Positions 39,553 to 51,930 of a DNA stretch of 64,000 nt are shown here, piece by piece; within the stretch, counting starts at the first letter, position 1; each line of letters starts with the position of its first letter. Both the position numbers and the translations under genes were made by a program. The notes below the pieces were generated by a model. That model had not been told where the DNA came from, did not search any database, and saw only the letters and a program-made list of their open reading frames with translations. The DNA is from Eledone cirrhosa. Its lineage: Eukaryota. The stretch spans positions 243,350,001 through 243,414,000 of the forward strand of contig OZ024743.1 in assembly GCA_964016885.1 (NCBI GenBank), given 5' to 3'.

Positions 39553-40877
39553 CTTTTTTCTGAAGATTCACTCTTTGTTGAGACAACAGATGAGCAAGTA
39601 CTGCATGGATTTAGAGATTGATTGAATGTCACAGCGGAGTTTTGATTAATTTTCATTTGCTGAATTTGAGCTTTAAGTTCTTGCAATTCAGCACTTTGTT
39701 GCATTAATAACCGATATATTTCTGGAGGAATAGTATCTTTCTGAATCTTTGACAACTGTGGATCAGTTTCCTGAGAAGGATCAGGACTGTCACTAAGTCC
39801 ACTGTCTTTACTGGCTCGGAAGTTCTGATCTTCTGATACATCTATTACACTGTTTTCACACTGTCTAGCACCTGTGTTCTCTTTTATAGAGCTGCGTGAG
39901 TTATTGGCTGGAGTATTGCTGCAAGAACTGTTCAAGCTGTTGATGAGGTTCAGCTTAGTCTGTGGTTGTTTATTAACAGCAATTTCTTGGTCATGTTTGT
40001 CAAGGCACTGGATGTGAGTAGTAATACAGTTTATGTTTTCGTCATGTCCCTGACACACTGGGGCTGGGTTTGGAGGGAGGATGTTTGGTGTACTTGTATG
40101 ATGGTATGAAGGACTTGGTTGAGATTTAGCATGGACAATACAACAAGGGCATGAAGGTAATGTTGGTAACTTGTCAACTGCAGTCTGTGGATATGGTGAC
40201 ATCGATGAATGAGGTGGCATAGGATGAGAATTAACTATATGATACCTTTCACACATTACAGGAGATGTAAAGCAAGGCGATGGCTTCATAAAGTTTGGTT
40301 GGGAAGGAAAAGGTCCATATGGAGAGGAATTGGGCATATTGTTCATGACTGGCTTGGGATGATGAGTATGATATGAATTTGGCAGTGGAACTAAATTATT
40401 TTGAGAATAGTACTGGAAATGAGGGTGTTGTTCTGAATTAGATCCCTGCATAATCTCTTTGTTTTGAAAATGTATAGGGGAAGGATAGACAGATCTATTA
40501 TATTCAGATACTGGCAATGGGTTTCTGGTAGGTAATGATTGTAGTGTGGGGTGATTTATATACATGTTAACATCTGTTGTAATGTTTTGATGAATGGGAA
40601 CACCTGAATACATTAATGGTTTTTTGGACTGCTGGCAGAATTGTGTTGGTGCTAAAGAAGCAGCACATATCGGATTAACAGCTTTTGAAGTTGGATATGA
40701 ATTCTTCTTTGGCAATGATGGTAAACCTTGTGTACAAACAGGAGAACTGTAATGTGATGGAATTTTATTTGGCACAGTATGTGAAGAGTTGTCATGATAT
40801 TTTCGTTGAAATGAAGGTTGACTGGTATCATTGAATATCAAAGATACTTCCGGAACAGAAAATCTGGCTTCAGGTAT
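39553..40877 (-). CDS. STIL: STIL large central exon (Pro/Ser/His-rich region plus PLK4-binding coiled coil)
   Basis: Inside ORF 39522..40910; begins IPEARFSVPEVSLIF (cf. SVPELSLV) and contains PEIYRLLMQQSAELQELKAQIQQM (cf. [24 protein letters not shown]); 1325 nt, phase 0 to 2. Confidence 0.93.
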
Positions 40878-41912
40878 CTGAACAATAAATATACAATAAA
40901 TAATTTTCAATCAATCAACTTTAAATATTAAAATATTTAAGTAGTCGTTAGAAACATTTACATTTTTTACTCTTTGGAGAATAGCCTGGTCAAAACTAGC
41001 TCTGGTTCAATAAAACAGAACTACCTATTTTAAAGAGTTCTCATTTAAATTTAAAAAATTATATATAAGAACCACTTCTTATGTTACAAATGCTATCTTA
41101 ACAAGGAAATAATAATTTTAGTAAACACCTCAAAATTTTTAATTAATTAAAATACATTATGTCATTAGAAATATGTTAACGAAGGTGTTAATGTTTTTAT
41201 GTTTTCAACATAGAGAGGATACACTAAGATTTTCATTCAATTATCATAAAATAATTACTTTTTCATTAGCAAAAGCTTGTGAAGTTGTATGGTTAGGTTA
41301 GTCCAATGAAATCATAACAGTAGATCATCATCATTTAATATTCATTTTCACTGCTAGCAAAGGTTGAACAGGTTTTCACACACCGAGTCAGTACTCAGGC
41401 AGGGCTACTGACCTCCCAGACAAGCTGTAAAGTCTACATCTCACTAACATATGGTCTCAAGTGTATTTTATCATGACATGACACTAGCACTAGAGAGGTT
41501 GTCATGTCTTTGACACAACTGAAGGATCCTCAGATAACTTTAACTGGGTTTGAACTCACAATTTAATGCCTTCAGTTTTATTCTCTACCAACTCATGTAA
41601 CAGGAAGGGAACATTTGATTATATCAACTGTGGTGTTCTAAATATTGTGTTACCTTTGTTCCTTGGAGGGAAGGAATAATAATAACCGTTTCTGATTTAG
41701 GCACAAGACCAATAATTTTGGGGGAGGGGTAAGTCGATTAAATCGACTCAGTGCATTACTGGTACTTTATTTTATCGATCCTGTGAGGATAAAAGTGAAG
41801 CTAACTTCAGTGGGATTTGAACACAGAACATAAAGGGCCATAAACTCTATACTGCAAAGCATATTGCCCAATGCTCTTTGGATACTGCCAATCCACTGCC
41901 GTAATTTTCAAC

Positions 41913-42077
41913 TTAACCCTTTAATCTATATTTACTATTGTATTTTCATGGTAAAGGCTTTAGCTCACATATTTGTCTCACATAATATCGAATGAGCAGC
42001 CAGTTATGGTTAGTTTGAACAGAAAGACATGAGAGAATTCTGGCCGGATACAGTCGGTTTAAATGCTAAAGGGTTAA
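41913..42077. mobile_element. Internally deleted piggyBac-like MITE copy flanked by SINEs
   Basis: TTAACCCTTTA...TAAATGCTAAAGGGTTAA. Confidence 0.7.
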
Positions 42078-43236
42078 TAATTGTTTCTACTTTTGGTACA
42101 AGGCCAGTAATTTGAAGGGAAGGAGAAAGTCAATTAAATCAAACCCAGTGCATTACTGGTACTTTATTTTATCAATCCAGTAAGGAGGAAAGGCAAAGTT
42201 AACTTTGGCGGTATTTCAACTGAGAATTTCAAGGGCCGTAACTAAATACCACAAAATATTTTGTCAACCACTCAAACAACTCTGCCAAACCACCTCCCTA
42301 AAAGACTAATATTTAACTACAGAAATTTTATGTAATTTGTCATGTAATAATGAGATTTCAGTGCAAGGTTTGAATTTAAATTTGAACACTTTTACTAGAG
42401 GTAGTTTCAAGTAGTGTGTTGTTTAAAGGGTTAAAATATAATTCAATGACCCTCAAACCTGTTTGGTTGTATGCAAATTACATTGCATTATTGTAGTTCA
42501 CTATCAAGTTGTTGCATATTATTTTGATCATTTTCTCTTTCATCCTTCCATTCCCTTAGTGTGTGTGTGTGTGTGGATATGTGTGTGGGTGGATGTGTGC
42601 ATGTGTACACATGGATGTGTGTGTGCATATGCTAGCAATACATGCTGTCCCATAAATACCCAAAATCAATGTGTGTGTGGATATGTGTATGCATGTGTGT
42701 GTGTGTGCTAGTTATAAACACTATTCCATAAAGGAGATAGCAATTAAACATTTAATATTCGGGAACCTGGCAGACATATCAGACACTTAATGTGTGTGTG
42801 TGGGGGGGGGGGGGGGGTTGATCATATCAACAATTTGATATAATCAGTCAACATTGTTTTATTGGAAATATTTATAGATACTAATAGTTTTAGATTTTTT
42901 TCTCACTGTTGTTCATCTTTTATACTTTTTAAATATTTTGAACTTGTTCTAATTCACAGTAAAACAAAAATATATTAAAATCTTCTGATATTCTAATTCT
43001 ATCTATATGTGTTTGAGTTGTAAATGTTTTATAAGAAGAAACCCAAAGTATTTCAACACATGATACAGTTTGCGCAGGTGATTATCAAACAATCTAACAA
43101 ACTGCCACACCTCACTTCACGTGCTAACACGCTCTTTTTTTTTGTTTGTTTTTCCAATTGATTAAATAACATGTCAGCACATGATACCTAGGGCACCAAT
43201 CAGATTACTACTACTACAACTACACACAGATGTGCC

Positions 43237-43269
<33 letters not shown>

Positions 43270-43464
43270 AGGGAGAGAGAGAGAGGCCACAAGGTCTACT
43301 CAGTTTTTAGAAATATTACAATCACAAAATACTCATACCTCAAATACAGTGAGACTTACTTAGCACAGGGTTTATATTTAGACTAAAACAATTAAAACAA
43401 TGAATTGAAAACTATTTGATATAATAATGGTTTCTACTTTAGGCACAAGGCCAGCAATTTGATA

Positions 43465-43700
43465 TAATAATAATAATGAAAATTATTGTGTACAGTACTC
43501 AGGTGTACTACAACTCATCAAAGGTGCATGTATAGTACATAGAATAATGTACAAATGTCAGGAAATTGAACAGTGTATGAGTCATGATATACACACTGAT
43601 ACATGCGTGTGAATGGAGGGGGAATATCAGGTGTACTGTTAGCAAATTTTGAGAAGCATGGAAGTTTTGAAGGATGCAGTGTCCCGACAACTAACAACAG
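43465..43700 (-). mobile_element. 3' fragment of the CR1/L2-like LINE
   Basis: Reverse complement of about 17760-17995. Confidence 0.85.
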
Positions 43701-45127
43701 ATATTATGGATTGGCAGTATCGGTAGAGGGTCGGACGTCATGCTTTCCAGCATAGTTACGTCCCTTTAAGATCTGAGTTCAAATCCAGCCAAGGTTGACT
43801 TTGCCTTTCATCCTTCAATAAAATAAAGTACCAGTAATGCACTGGGTAATTGCTGGCCTTGTGCCTAAAGTAGAAACAATTATTTCAACTAAGGTTACTT
43901 TTTTCAAAACAAAAACAAATGTATATAGGTGTATACATGACTGTGTGGTTAAGAAATTCACTTCGCAAACATGTGACAGCTTGAGCAAAGCACCTTCTAT
44001 TAGGTTGATCAATGATTTGTGAGTAAAATTTGGTAGATGGAAACTGTGTGGAAGCCTGTCATATGTACATATGTGTGTACTTACGTTGACACAGTTAAAC
44101 ATCAGAGCCATTTGTTTATGTCCTATAACTTAGCAGTTCAACAAATAGAGGCCAATAAAATAAGTACCAGACTTTTTAAAAATGTATTGAGGTTGATATA
44201 TTTGATTATATACCCTTCAAGGTAGTGTTTCAGCATAGCCTCAGTCCAGTGACTGAAACCAGTAAAATAAAATATTAAGATGCTAAGAATGGTGCAGCAA
44301 CCTTACTCCTTTTATTTCCAAACTGCTCGAAACTGCCTTTGGCTCTATGATACAGAGCTGTTAGTTTTAAAGTATTGATATTTATCAAAAAACCCTTCTA
44401 TCATAATTCAATGTATGTTATGTTCCAAACACCAGGTTAATGATAAGAAAGTTAGCTATATTACTAAATCTCTTCAAATATTTTATTATTAAAAAATATT
44501 TGAAAATTATAGGCAGTGCGTTTTATTATGAATATAGTACTCCATCTTTCCACCCACACCACCCTTTCTCTGTAAAGGTTGGTACCACAGAATATCCAGT
44601 CCAAAGTGGTCGTGTCGGTGTCAAGCATCCAGTCCACGCTGTAAAGTGGTCGTGTAGGAGACACGGTAAAAAGGCCCCCAGTCCACACTATAAATGTGGT
44701 TGGTGTTTGGAAGGGCATCCAGCTGAAGAAAAGGTGCCAGATACAGTCCTATACGAACAAGACATGGTTACCTGACCAATCTTGCCTTAATTGGGACAAT
44801 TCTCGTCTAACCCAAGCTAACGATGATGATGATGGTAGTGAAATGATTAAAGCTACAATAAGCTGAATCCAAAACCATGTTTCAATTCCTAGATTCAATT
44901 ATTTCAGTTCACTTACAATTCTATTGACTTAGAGAAAACATGATCAATACAACTGTTATTTGTTGCACTTATAAAAATAATCTATGAAAGTAATCATTCA
45001 TTTATGAATATTGTTGATAATCAAAAACATGAATAAATGAAGTAGAAAATATAGACATTTGATGTTTCATATAATTCATTACACATATATATAATAGAGA
45101 AAATGGAGGTTAAATGATGATGATGAT

Positions 45128-45128
45128 G

Positions 45129-45170
<42 letters not shown>

Positions 45171-45249
45171 TTTGTGTATATATATACGTATATATGCATA
45201 TATACATACATACACATATATTTACATATATATGTACACATACATACAT

Positions 45250-45318
<69 letters not shown>

Positions 45319-45329
45319 TATATATATAT
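45128..45329. repeat. (TA)n/(CA)n/(TG)n compound microsatellite
   Basis: Direct reading. Confidence 0.9.
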
Positions 45330-45472
45330 GGAGGCACATGGCTTAGTCGTTAGAGCATTGGCCTTGCAATCGAAAGATTGTGAGTTCAATTCTCAGTCCG
45401 GGTGATGTGTTGTTTCCTTGAGCAAGACACTTTATTTCACATTGCTCCAGTTTACTCAGCTGTAGAAATGAG
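45330..45472 (+). mobile_element. tRNA-derived SINE family 2, 5' part
   Basis: A box TGGCTTAGTCGTT, B box GAGTTCAATTC. Confidence 0.65.
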
Positions 45473-45873
45473 ATGATAGGGGCTGGGGTCCCTATCATTC
45501 CACTGCAAAGTGGACATGTAGGCGCCACGGAAAAAAAGCACCCAGCACTCACTGTAAATGAGGTTGGTGTTAGGAAGGGCATCCAGCTGTAGAAATCAAG
45601 CCAGAATCAGTTCCCGTCCCACCCTTGCAAGCAGGGAAAAGCGGACGTAAAAATGATGATGATGATGATGATGATATATGTATATATAGCATTAAATATA
45701 TACATATAGCATTAAATACCCAAATGCATATTTTAGAGCCACCCAAGGGCACTAAATATCCAGATGCACATTTTAGGGCTGGTCTAGGGCAATAAATACC
45801 TAGATGCTGGCTCTGTCTAAGGTTAAATAACAATAACACAAACAAATGAATAAACAAAAGAATTCTTAATAAC

Positions 45874-45946
45874 CTTTGATTGATGGGGAGTTGGAATTGT
45901 TCTTGGAACTATCTCATCATTCACACATGAAGAACTGGGCTTGCTT
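45874..45946 (-). CDS. STIL: STIL exon with PRxxPxP (CPAP/SAS-4-binding CR2) motif
   Basis: 73 nt; SKPSSSCVNDEIVPRTIPTPHQSK, cf. STIL EDFSPRPIPSPH. Confidence 0.9.
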
Positions 45947-46477
45947 CTAGAAATAAAAAATGCAGAAAAGTTAAATACCAACCAGGCATGAAAAACACAT
46001 ATGAATAATAAAAATTATTACAACACTTTAGTAGAAAATGCTGATGCTCCAATAAAATACTCCCAGTCCACTCAATAAAGTGATAATCCTGGTGCCACAA
46101 TAAAATGCACCCAGTACACTCAGTAAAGTGATAGTCATGGTGTCATGATAAAATTCTGGTGCCTCAATAAAATGTTAGTGGCAGAATGAAATGCATCCAG
46201 TACATTCCATAGAATGGTTGGTGTTAGAAAGCATCCAGCCGTAGAAATCATACCAAAATATGGAACGTTTGAGGAAGGTGCAGTTATCTAACCATGTCTT
46301 ATCTCAGACTCAGACAACCCCATCTAACATGGATGTATAATAATGATGATGATAAGGGATGCTATTGTGAGTTCAAACCACAAGATACTGAGTCTCAGAG
46401 AAATGATGACAAACAACCCTAATCAATGACAATATGCTGTACACCTATTCAACCATGTCAGCCTAGAAAAACTTGTC

Positions 46478-46736
46478 GAAATGAAGTTGTGTGCATGAGC
46501 ATGCATGTATACATGAAATGAAGTTGTGTGCATGAACATGCATGTATACATGAAATGAAGTTGTGTGCATGAGCATGCATGTATACATGAAATGAAGTTG
46601 TGTGCATGAACATGCATGTATACATGAAATGAAGTTGTGTGTATGAGCATGCATGTATACATGAAATGAAGTTGTGTGCATGAACATGCATGTATACATG
46701 AAATGAAGTCGTGTGCATGAACATGCATGTATACAT
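46478..46736. repeat. 37-bp minisatellite, about 7 copies
   Basis: Unit atgaagttgtgtgcatga(g/a)catgcatgtatacatgaa; starts at 46481, 46518 etc. Confidence 0.95.
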
Positions 46737-46813
46737 CTATGGTCCACAAGGCAACAACATTAAAACTTTGAAATAGAAACAAAACCTTTAAAAGAAGTAA
46801 CTAAAAGCATTAC

Positions 46814-46917
46814 TTAGATTTATCACTCAGTCTGACTGCTACATCATCTATTCTGTTCTTTTTTATGCCATATTTCAGTAAAGCCAGATCCACTTCCATA
46901 CCATCCTGGTCGTAATC
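46814..46917 (-). CDS. STIL: STIL exon
   Basis: tgtAG/GTAATG borders, 104 nt, phase 0 to 2; DYDQDGMEVDLALLKYGIKKNRIDDVAVRLSDKS, open only in the frame that joins both neighbours. Confidence 0.78.
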
Positions 46918-47401
46918 CTACAGAATAGAAGAAAACCATATTAACTCTTGATATCAAGTACCACAGGAAACCAAGACATTCTTGAAAAGTATAAAACATC
47001 ATTATGTATCACATTAAAAATTTAAGTCATTACTCTAATATGGCAAATTTTCACAATGAACTGTCAACAAATAAAGATATTATAAACATTTGAATTAACA
47101 AACCACATTAGCCAGGCATTCTTGAAAAGTACAAAACATCGCGATCATTTTATCACAATAAATATTAAAGTTTTACACTAATATTGAAAATGTTCACAAT
47201 GAGAGGCTATCATATGCTTGGTCACATTGAAGAGACCTCTTTACCCTATATTGTCTCTGACTGCCACTTTACAGAGTATGTTGGGTGCATTTTATCATGC
47301 CAACAGCACCAGAGAAGTTGTCAGGTATTTGACAACACCAGAGTCCTTTCAACAAATATGAAAAATAAGATAACATTTCCTCAAAAATGAAATATACTTG
47401 C

Positions 47402-47546
47402 CAGTTTCACAGTTTTACTGCCACAAAATGCATCCATTTCATGTGTTTTCTCATTCCCATTGATAAGGCCACATTCATAGAATTCAATCTTGCTTCCTTG
47501 TAGACAATACAGCAACAACATAAAATGATGTGGTGGCAAGCAAACT
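47402..47546 (-). CDS. STIL: STIL exon ending in a non-canonical GC donor
   Basis: Acceptor ttgcAG; VCLPPHHFMLLLYCLQGSKIEFYECGLINGNEKTHEMDAFCGSKTVKL (cf. STIL FIIVLYS...PEFYEC). The frame is kept only with donor CTG|GCAAGT. Confidence 0.82.
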
Positions 47547-47654
47547 CTGCAATACATAAAGAAAAATTCAGTTGCAAACTGGCATAAAGAACAATCTGGT
47601 TTTCTGTAGATTGCAACTGGCAACTAATAACAAACTAGAGAGACTAAAACTCAC

Positions 47655-47741
47655 CGTTGGTTTAAAGAATTGTTGTAAAGGTACCGTAGACAAGACGCCC
47701 ACACATATGGATTGTTCACACAGTCTACTCCACTTACCCAA
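47655..47741 (-). CDS. STIL: STIL exon
   Basis: CAG/GTGAG borders, 87 nt; WVSGVDCVNNPYVWASCLRYLYNNSLNQR matches STIL [29 protein letters not shown]. Confidence 0.95.
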
Positions 47742-48094
47742 CTGAAACAGATAAAATTTGTTTTAAAACATTTGTCTAACCCATGAAAGCATAGAAAAAT
47801 GAACATGATGATGATTTTATTGCAATAAGTAATAATCTCAGAAAACAAAAACAACTAATCTTTTTATATGAATAAATAAAATATTGGACTATCAACTCAT
47901 ACAGTGAAATCGAACCTGGGAACTTGTTATTGTGAAGTAAACATCTTAACTATTTAGCCATGCTGCATCCAACAAACAATGAATCAACTCATAACAATCC
48001 AATTACTGAAACATTTTTTACACATACAACCAACATCTTTCTCTCAGTCATAAAATATTAATATATTCCTGACACATGCATCATATAGGTAGTT

Positions 48095-50310
48095 AGTGAG
48101 GACAGCAGCAGCATTGTACTATTGGTTGGTGGATAGAACAGCACTGTACAGCTGGCTGGTGAGGACAACAGCAGCACTGTACAGCTGGCTGGTGAGGACA
48201 ACAGCAGCACTGTACAGCTGGCTGGTAGAGCAACAGCAGCACTGTACAGCTGGCTGGTGAGGACAACAGCAGCACTGTACAGCTGGCTGGTAGAGCAACA
48301 GCAGCACTGTACAGCAGGCAGGTGAGGACAACAGCAGCACTGTACAGCTGGCTGGTGAGGACAACAACAGCACTGTACAGCTGGCTGGTGAGGACAACAG
48401 CAGCACTGTACAGCAGGCTGGTGAGGACAACAACAGCACTGTACAGCTGGCTGGTGAGGACAACAGCAGCACTGTACAACAGGCTGGTAGAGACAACAGC
48501 AGCACTGTACAGCTGGCTAGTAGAGACAACAGCAGCACTGTACAGCAAGCTGGTAGAGACAACAGCAGCACTGTACAGCAAGCTGGTGAGGACAACAACA
48601 TCACTGTACAGCAGGCTGGTGAGGACAACAACATCACTGTACAGCAGGCTGGTAGAGACAACAGCAGCACTGTACAGCAGGCTGGTAGAGACAACAGCAG
48701 CACTGTACAGCTGGCTGGTGAAGATAGAACAGCACTGTACAGCAGGCTGGTAGAGACAACAGCAGTACTGTACAGCAGGCTGGTAGAGACAACAGCAGCA
48801 CTGTACAGCTGGCTGGTGAAGATAGAACAGCACTGTACAGCTGGCTGGTGAAGATAGAACAGCACTGTACAGCTGGCTGGTGAAGATAGAACAGCACTGT
48901 ACAGCTGGCTGGTAGAGACAACAGCAGCACTGTACAGCAGGCTGGTAGAGACAACAGCAGCACTGTACAGCAGGCTGGTAGAGACAACAGCAGCACTGTA
49001 CAGCAGGCAGGTGAGGACAACAACAGCACTGTACAGCAGGCTGGTGAGGACAACAGCAGCACTGTACAGCAGGCTGGTGAAGACAACAGCAGTACTGTAC
49101 AGCTGGCTGGTAGAACAACAGCAGCACTGTACAGCTGGCTGGTAGAGCAACAGCAGCACTGTACAGCAGGCTGGTAGGGACAACAGCAGCACTGTACAGC
49201 TGGCTGGTAGGGACAACAGCAGCACTGTACAGCTGGCTGGTAGAGCAACAGCAGCACTGTACAGCAGGCTGGTGAGGACAACAGCAGCACTGTACAGCTG
49301 GCTGGTAGGGACAACAGCAGCACTGTACAGCTGGCTGGTAGGGACAACAGCAGCACTGTACAGCTGGCTGGTAGAGCAACAGCAGCACTGTACAGCAGGC
49401 TGGTGAGGACAACAGCAGCACTGTACAGCTGGCTGGTAGAGCAACAGCAGCACTGTACAGCAGGCAGGTGAGGACAACAGCAGCACTGTACAGCTGGCTG
49501 GTGAGGACAACAACAGCACTGTACAGCTGGCTGGTGAGGACAACAGCAGCACTGTACAGCAGGCTGGTGAGGACAACAACAGCACTGTACAGCTGGCTGG
49601 TGAGGACAACAGCAGCACTGTACAGCAGGCTGGTAGAGACAACAGCAGCACTGTACAGCTGGCTAGTAGAAACAACAGCAGCACTGTACAGCAAGCTGGT
49701 AGAGACAACAGCAGCACTGTACAGCAAGCTGGTGAGGACAACAACATCACTGTACAGCAGGCTGGTGAGGACAACAACATCACTGTACAGCAGGCTGGTA
49801 GAGACAACAGCAGCACTGTACAGCAGGCTGGTAGAGACAACAGCAGCACTGTACAGCTGGCTGGTGAAGATAGAACAGCACTGTACAGCAGGCTGGTAGA
49901 GACAACAGCAGTACTGTACAGCAGGCTGGTAGAGACAACAGCAGCACTGTACAGCTGGCTGGTGAAGATAGAACAGCACTGTACAGCTGGCTGGTGAAGA
50001 TAGAACAGCACCGTACAGCTGGCTGGTGAAGATAGAACAGCACTGTACAGCAGGCTGGTAGAGACAACAGCAGCACTGTACAGCAGGCTGGTAGAGACAA
50101 CAGCAGCACTGTACAGCAGGCTGGTAGAGACAACAGCAGCACTGTACAGCAGGCTAGTAGAAACAACAGCAGCACTGTACAGCTGGCTAGTAGAGACAAC
50201 AGCAGCACTGTACAGCTGGCTAGTAGAGACAACAGCAGCACTGTACAGCTGGCTAGTAGAGACAACAGCAGCACTGTACAGCAAGCTGGTGGCTAGTGAG
50301 GATAACAACA
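48095..50310. repeat. ~33-bp minisatellite (about 67 units) with a 1146-bp higher-order duplication
   Basis: Unit gaggacaacagcagcactgtacagctggctggt with 32-bp variants; 48322-48753 recurs at 49468-49899. Confidence 0.97.
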
Positions 50311-50353
50311 AAAATGAAACATGTATTTAAAAGAAAAATAGCAAATAGCTTAC

Positions 50354-50437
50354 ATTCCAATTAGAGGCAGGGTGGAAACCTTAGGATCTGTCTCCAACAT
50401 TAACACTAATTTGCGTGTATGGTCCATGGTGACATAA
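50354..50437 (-). CDS. STIL: STIL exon
   Basis: AG/GTAAG borders, 84 nt; [28 protein letters not shown] matches STIL [28 protein letters not shown]. Confidence 0.95.
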
Positions 50438-50515
50438 CTGGAGAAAAAACAGAAGTGAACTGAACATGACATCAAACAAACTTAATTTAATGACTCAGAG
50501 GATATATATATATAT

Positions 50516-51184
50516 TTAGAGAGAAACGAAGCCTGCATGCTCCGATGGATGTGTAACAGTAATATACGTGAACGACAAAGCATAAATGAATTGAGAGAGA
50601 GACTGAGCATAAGAGGAATCAAATGCTGCGTGCAGGAGAGGCGGTTACGCTGGTATGGACATGTGATGCGTATGAAGGATGACAGCTGCATAAAAAGGTG
50701 CAGAGCACTAGAAGTTGATGGAAACCGCGGAGTGGGGAGACCCAAGATGACTTGGGATGAGGTGATAAGAGCCGACCTTACCCAACTACACCTCTCAAAG
50801 TCAATGACACACGACCGTGACTTCTGGCGTCACGCAGTAATACAGGGTACCCGACCTCCCATGGGTACATGCTGAAGCATATAAACAATATGCCCCCCCC
50901 CCCCCCCCCCCCACCGCAAGGTGGTCGTGGAGGTGCCACGGCAAAAAAGCACCCAGCCCACACTGTAAAGTGGACGTGTAGGCGCCACGAAAAAGCACCC
51001 AGCACTCACTGTAAATGAGGTTGGTGTTAGGAAGGGCATCCAGCTGTAGAAATCAAGCCAGATCAGTTCCTGTATGAGCAAGGCATGGTCAGCCGACCAG
51101 ACACTGCCCACAACAGGACAACCCGTCTAACCCATGCTAGCGTGGAAGAACGGACGTAAAACGGTGATGATGATGATGATGATA
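50516..51184 (+). mobile_element. 5'-truncated RTE (copy C), nearly identical to the 3' end of copy A and inverted relative to it
   Basis: ORF track gives identical peptides (e.g. 34654..34935+ vs 50830..51111-); the only difference I noticed is IRAD vs IKAD. Confidence 0.95.
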
Positions 51185-51579
51185 TGAATTTGATGATTGA
51201 TGATTGATGATTCTTTTCAAAATATTGCAATCTCTTCAAAAGTCGTCATTAAGTACCCGATTGTGGGCATGTGAGTGGCTCTTATGACCATCTCCAGTCT
51301 CATGATTTCTCACAAATACTGCACTTAAAACGAATACTGTAGCCTTGATCATGTTGATTACAGTGTCTGGTCAGACCACTTTTAGAAAAACAGATTTTTC
51401 CACAGACATGACATATATGGTTAACTGGCCTCCGCTGCAAAAAATCATATCAAAGTCAGCCTGAGTCTCGCCAACCACATTTGATGATTAATGAGACCAG
51501 CTCTAGAAAGCAGTACTGTTACACACATATTACATCTAAATTTTGGATTGATATATATATTTTACAGAAAGGATCCAAG

Positions 51580-51930
51580 TAATACACAATAACTGGTGTA
51601 GCAGTATTATCATCAACTGCTACAAAGGCAAAAGAGATGCACTAGACAAAGGAAACTATTGAAGCATCAAATAAATGGACCAGATCATGAAAGTTACAGA
51701 AAGAATCATTGCACAGCTGATTAAGGATCAAATTAACATAGATGAGATGCAGTTTGGAATTGTGCCAGATAAAAATACCACGGGTGCTCTCTTCCTTGTG
51801 AGGCAACTCCAGGAGAAATACCTAGCTAAAAGTAAGCCCCTCAAATCTAGTGGGCTCTTAGAAAACTAGGGGTAGATGAGTGGCTTGTGAGGGCAGTACA
51901 AGCCATGTACAGAGGAGCAGTCAGCAAGGT
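51580..51930 (+). mobile_element. Degraded internal RTE RT fragment
   Basis: MDQIMKVTERIIAQLIKDQINIDEMQFG...RQLQEKYLAKSKP. Confidence 0.85.

Noticed and set aside
45021-45353. YI-repeat ORFs (also 7193-7387, 18641-18886) and ORFs at 46423-46782
   Set aside because: Translations of microsatellites or of the 37-bp minisatellite.
48093-50311. Long Cys-rich ORFs of 628 and 730 aa
   Set aside because: Translations of the 33-bp minisatellite, open in several frames at once; they lie in a STIL intron whose flanking exons join in frame without them.
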